Origin: an uncultured Bacteroidia bacterium
GTDB taxonomy: Bacteria; Bacteroidota; Bacteroidia; Bacteroidales; GCA-2748055
Assembly: GCA_965364615.1 (NCBI GenBank)
Contig: CBDTYO010000002.1
Coordinates: 1-37,393 of the forward strand
Length of the DNA stretch: 37,393 nucleotides
Reading direction: 5' to 3'
Part shown: in pieces, positions 34,969 through 37,393 of the stretch
Numbering within the stretch: the stretch's first letter is position 1
How the letters are laid out: every line of letters begins with the position of its first letter
Notes under the pieces: model-generated
What the model was told of the DNA's origin: nothing
The model's database searches: none
The model's input: only the letters and a program-made list of their open reading frames with translations
Translations under genes and position numbers: made by a program

Positions 34969-35031
34969 TCTCTAAGGCCTCTCCCTGATCTCTGAGGGCT
35001 CGTCTTGATCTCTCAGGCCTCGTCTAAATAT
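34932..35031. repeat. Degenerate 20-bp tandem repeat, about 5 copies
   Basis: The units are cacaggcatcgccttgatcc, cacaggtatcgccttgatct, ctaaggcctctccctgatct, ctgagggctcgtcttgatct and ctcaggcctcgtctaaatat. The first two units encode the last residues of CvfB. The rest fill the convergent intergenic gap. Confidence 0.8.
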
Positions 35032-35044
35032 AGTTCCCTGATTT

Positions 35045-36469
35045 TTACTTTAATCCCAGAATCCAGCCGCTGATTAATCCCAGCGCATTGGGAGAGAAGG
35101 TCTCTTCGATGATATTGTACTCAGAGGGCAGCCCTGTTTTACTGGTTTGAAAGAGGTGGTTCAGCCCGGGCAGTATCATGGTGGTAACCTGTTTGTTTCC
35201 TGCAGCTTGAAGGCCACTTTTTATGGCATTGATGTTCTGTTCCGCCAGGACCTGGCAATCTTTCCGTCCATTTAAGGCAAGCACGGGACAGGAAATGGAA
35301 GCGAAGTAGGGAGTGGGATCAGACATGACGAAAAATTTCATCCATGCATAGGAGGATTCCGGGATCGAGGCCAAAAGGTTGCGCTTGGCTCTTTCTATGT
35401 CCTCTTCGCTGTACTGGCCCCTTTGCTTACTTGAATAATAAGTCGAGGTAAATGCTATAACTTCATCTCCCCAAGTTTGATGTGTCTCGTTAAAGGCCAT
35501 CAAATCATAGACTTTTTCCATGACAATCCGGTTGTCCTCCCGGACGGATCCGCTCACTCCGCTCAACCTGGAGATGTAATCGCTCTGTTCCAGCAGGATG
35601 GTTTTGCCATCCACCCCGGGACCGGCCAAAGACACAATAAAGGCGATATCCTTGTGTTCAGAGGCAAGCATAAACGCGATCAATCCCCCCTCGCTGTGTC
35701 CCAGCATCCCGAGCCGGGACTTATCAACATCGTCACATTTCGCAAGGTATTCGAAGGCCGACCGGGCATCAATGGCCAGATCCGCCGTGGTAGCACCTGA
35801 GGCCATGCCTCCCGATGCTCCGACACCACGGTCATCATAACGCAACACAGCGATCCCGTTTCTGGTCAGATGATCTGCAATGACCCAAAATGGCTTATGG
35901 CCAAAAATCTCCTCATTTCTGTTCTGGCTTCCTGAACCGGATACCAGAACAAGGGCCGGGAAGGGGCCCGGTCCCTCGGGAACTGTCAAAGTCCCCGCCA
36001 GGGTAAAGCCCTCTTTCAATTGTTTGAATTTCACCTCTTCTTCCTTGTACGGGAAGGGAGCCTGAGGTTCCTGGGGGCGTTTCAACACAAAAGGGCTGTC
36101 TTGTTTCTCCAGGTCGAGGGCAAAATTAAGTCCTGACTGATGCCATGAGCCCTGAATACTTGAAGAGGAAGTAAATGTTCCCAGGTAGTAACCCCGTACA
36201 TAAGGGACTTCTATCCGGATGGAATCCCCACCCAACCGTACATCTCCTGTAGGAATGCCTGTGGCTCCCTGGTCGGGACTGTCCATGGTGGCCGTAAAAA
36301 CATCCTCACTTGCCCTGGATATATCAAAGGCGAGACGCAAACTGGTGGCTCCTGCATCCAGAGTTCCCAGCCAGTATCCCACGGGATCTGCTTCTTCAAT
36401 CTGGCTGAAAGTTGGCTGGGCAATCATGAAGGCCAAAGCCACGAGGAAACATTTCTTCGTAGGTATCAT
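35045..36469 (-). CDS. Secreted alpha/beta-hydrolase (serine hydrolase)
   Basis: 474 aa with a signal peptide. GMLGHSEGGLIAF is the GxSxG nucleophile elbow. It has a lipocalin-like N-terminal domain and a C-terminal hydrolase fold. Confidence 0.75.
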   Translation of the reverse strand: MIPTKKCFLVALAFMIAQPTFSQIEEADPVGYWLGTLDAGATSLRLAFDISRASEDVFTATMDSPDQGATGIPTGDVRLGGDSIRIEVPYVRGYYLGTFTSSSSIQGSWHQSGLNFALDLEKQDSPFVLKRPQEPQAPFPYKEEEVKFKQLKEGFTLAGTLTVPEGPGPFPALVLVSGSGSQNRNEEIFGHKPFWVIADHLTRNGIAVLRYDDRGVGASGGMASGATTADLAIDARSAFEYLAKCDDVDKSRLGMLGHSEGGLIAFMLASEHKDIAFIVSLAGPGVDGKTILLEQSDYISRLSGVSGSVREDNRIVMEKVYDLMAFNETHQTWGDEVIAFTSTYYSSKQRGQYSEEDIERAKRNLLASIPESSYAWMKFFVMSDPTPYFASISCPVLALNGRKDCQVLAEQNINAIKSGLQAAGNKQVTTMILPGLNHLFQTSKTGLPSEYNIIEETFSPNALGLISGWILGLK

Positions 36470-36812
36470 AGGTAATTTGTCCCAAATAACATATGGACCA
36501 ATCTAAGACAAAATGGAGGAATTATCAAGGCAAATCTGAACGGCATCCGAATGAAATCAATGCCGGATATTTACCCGTGACATGGAGAAGTAAACTGGAC
36601 TATAACCCTCTTCTCCAGGGTTTTGTTAAATATGGTGTTAATCTTTTGTTCCTGGAGTATCTTACAAAGGTTTTTTGTAATTTGTTTATTCGGATCCCTC
36701 CAACATAATCTTTCCATCCCGGCACTTGCTTTCGCCCCGGCGCTTACTTGGTTTTTATCCCTTTTGGGGCTTACATACATAATTAACAAGTAGCAATTAA
36801 AGAAGATCAGTC

Positions 36813-37094
36813 ATGGAAAAATTTCTCATCGAAGTACCACATGGAGAGGATAAATCCTCATGCATGCGGGCTGTTCAGGTATTTCTTTCTTCCGGGTCAC
36901 ATTTCGTGACCCACGCCGAATGGGGATGCCTGGATGGACATCACAAGGCCTGGTTGATAGTAGAAACAAAAAACAAACACGAGGCAAGGCGCATTTTACC
37001 CGCTGCTTATCAAAGAAATGCCAAGATCGTCAAACTTCACAAGTTTTCCAGAAAGGACATTGAGACATCCGTTATGGACTATCATTCCGATTAA
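36813..37094 (+). CDS. Hypothetical small protein (93 aa)
   Basis: The ORF follows a 340-nt intergenic region. I do not recognise any motif in it. Confidence 0.35.
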   Translation: MEKFLIEVPHGEDKSSCMRAVQVFLSSGSHFVTHAEWGCLDGHHKAWLIVETKNKHEARRILPAAYQRNAKIVKLHKFSRKDIETSVMDYHSD

Positions 37095-37156
37095 TGCAAT
37101 TCCACTCAGATATCCCCTGCTAATTCACCTTTCAGGGGGAAAGAGCCAATTGCATT
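37093..37156. other. Nested inverted repeat / long stem-loop overlapping the stop codon of the 93-aa ORF
   Basis: The outer arms are AATGCAATT (37093-37101) and AATTGCATT (37148-37156). The inner arms are CCCCTG (37114-37119) and CAGGGG (37133-37138). Confidence 0.4.
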
Positions 37157-37218
37157 GCTCAATCTTTTAGCGATATTTGCAGGGTAAAGCTTCTGTAAAT
37201 CCTGTAGTTATTGCATCC

Positions 37219-37393
37219 ATGAGGAAAATTATCATTTTCTCTTCTTTCTGGTTCATCCTGAGCCTGGTCCAATCCTACTTCACGGAAATCATTGATGATG
37301 AGGCCTATTACTGGATGTATTCCAATTTCCTTGATTGGGGCTACTATGACCACCCTCCCGGGATAGCTATTGAAATCTACCTGTCGAAATTCC
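37219..37393 (+). CDS. Glycosyltransferase family 39 (ArnT/PMT-like), 5' partial at the window edge
   Basis: It is not in the ORF track because no stop codon falls within the window. The ATG at 37219 gives MRKIIIFSSFWFILSLVQSYFTEIIDDEAYYWMYSNFLDWGYYDHPPG. The DEAYYW...WGYxDHPP pattern is typical of this family's N-terminus. Confidence 0.65.
   Translation, partial: MRKIIIFSSFWFILSLVQSYFTEIIDDEAYYWMYSNFLDWGYYDHPPGIAIEIYLSKF

Noticed and set aside
34932-35031. Possible CRISPR array
   Set aside because: The repeats are directly adjacent with no spacers, the unit is only 20 bp and degenerate, and there are no cas genes in the window.
36493-36789. 71-aa and 72-aa overlapping ORFs in the long intergenic region
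   Set aside because: They overlap each other on opposite strands. Both are short, have no motifs and have atypical composition. They are treated as non-coding.
1-37393. Mobile elements, integrases, toxin-antitoxin or phage-defence cassettes
   Set aside because: No ORF translation shows a transposase, integrase, recombinase, nuclease-helicase or Cas-like motif. No terminal inverted repeats flanking a gene block were seen.

Overview
All calls come from reading the supplied ORF translations and the DNA by eye. No homology search was run. The window looks like a chromosomal segment of an anaerobic Bacteroidota-type bacterium: about 50% GC, tightly packed genes, many lipoprotein or signal-peptide N-termini, sulfatases, an orphan double-FtsX permease, a GH99-like protein and an RND/TolC efflux set.

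The centrepiece is a 19-gene, roughly 12.6 kb plus-strand operon (16270-28836) with gaps or overlaps of at most about 12 nt. It has three parts. The first is a sulfhydrogenase beta/gamma-like (AsrA/AsrB-like) FAD/Fe-S module plus a HycB-like ferredoxin. The second is a group-4 membrane-bound [NiFe]-hydrogenase core (NuoH-, NuoB-, NuoC- and NuoD-like; the large subunit keeps both Ni-Fe Cys motifs). The third is a complete Mrp antiporter set in canonical order (A-N, A-C, B, C, D, E, F, G). A NuoI-like subunit, a HycI-type maturation protease and an uncharacterised Zn-ribbon protein close the operon. A Rex redox-sensing repressor gene is divergently transcribed from it. I read this as a candidate NAD(P)H-linked, ion-translocating Mrp-type hydrogenase, which is not one of the standard group-4 electron-input combinations as I recall them (ferredoxin, formate, CO). 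It is the best candidate for a novel system in this window.

Other items worth a second look:
- A leucine-rich-repeat lipoprotein carries a Cys-containing C-terminal anchor signal, and a CPBP intramembrane protease gene starts 4 nt downstream.
- A divergent thymidylate-synthase-fold gene converges on, and overlaps, a DNPH1/Rcl-like nucleotide N-hydrolase gene.
- At about position 265 a sulfatase gene is cut off and joined in frame to an ABCA-like ATPase fragment. This is either an assembly chimera or a rearrangement.
- A five-copy 20-bp tandem repeat spans the cvfB stop codon.

No CRISPR array, tRNA/rRNA gene, transposase or integrase was seen.
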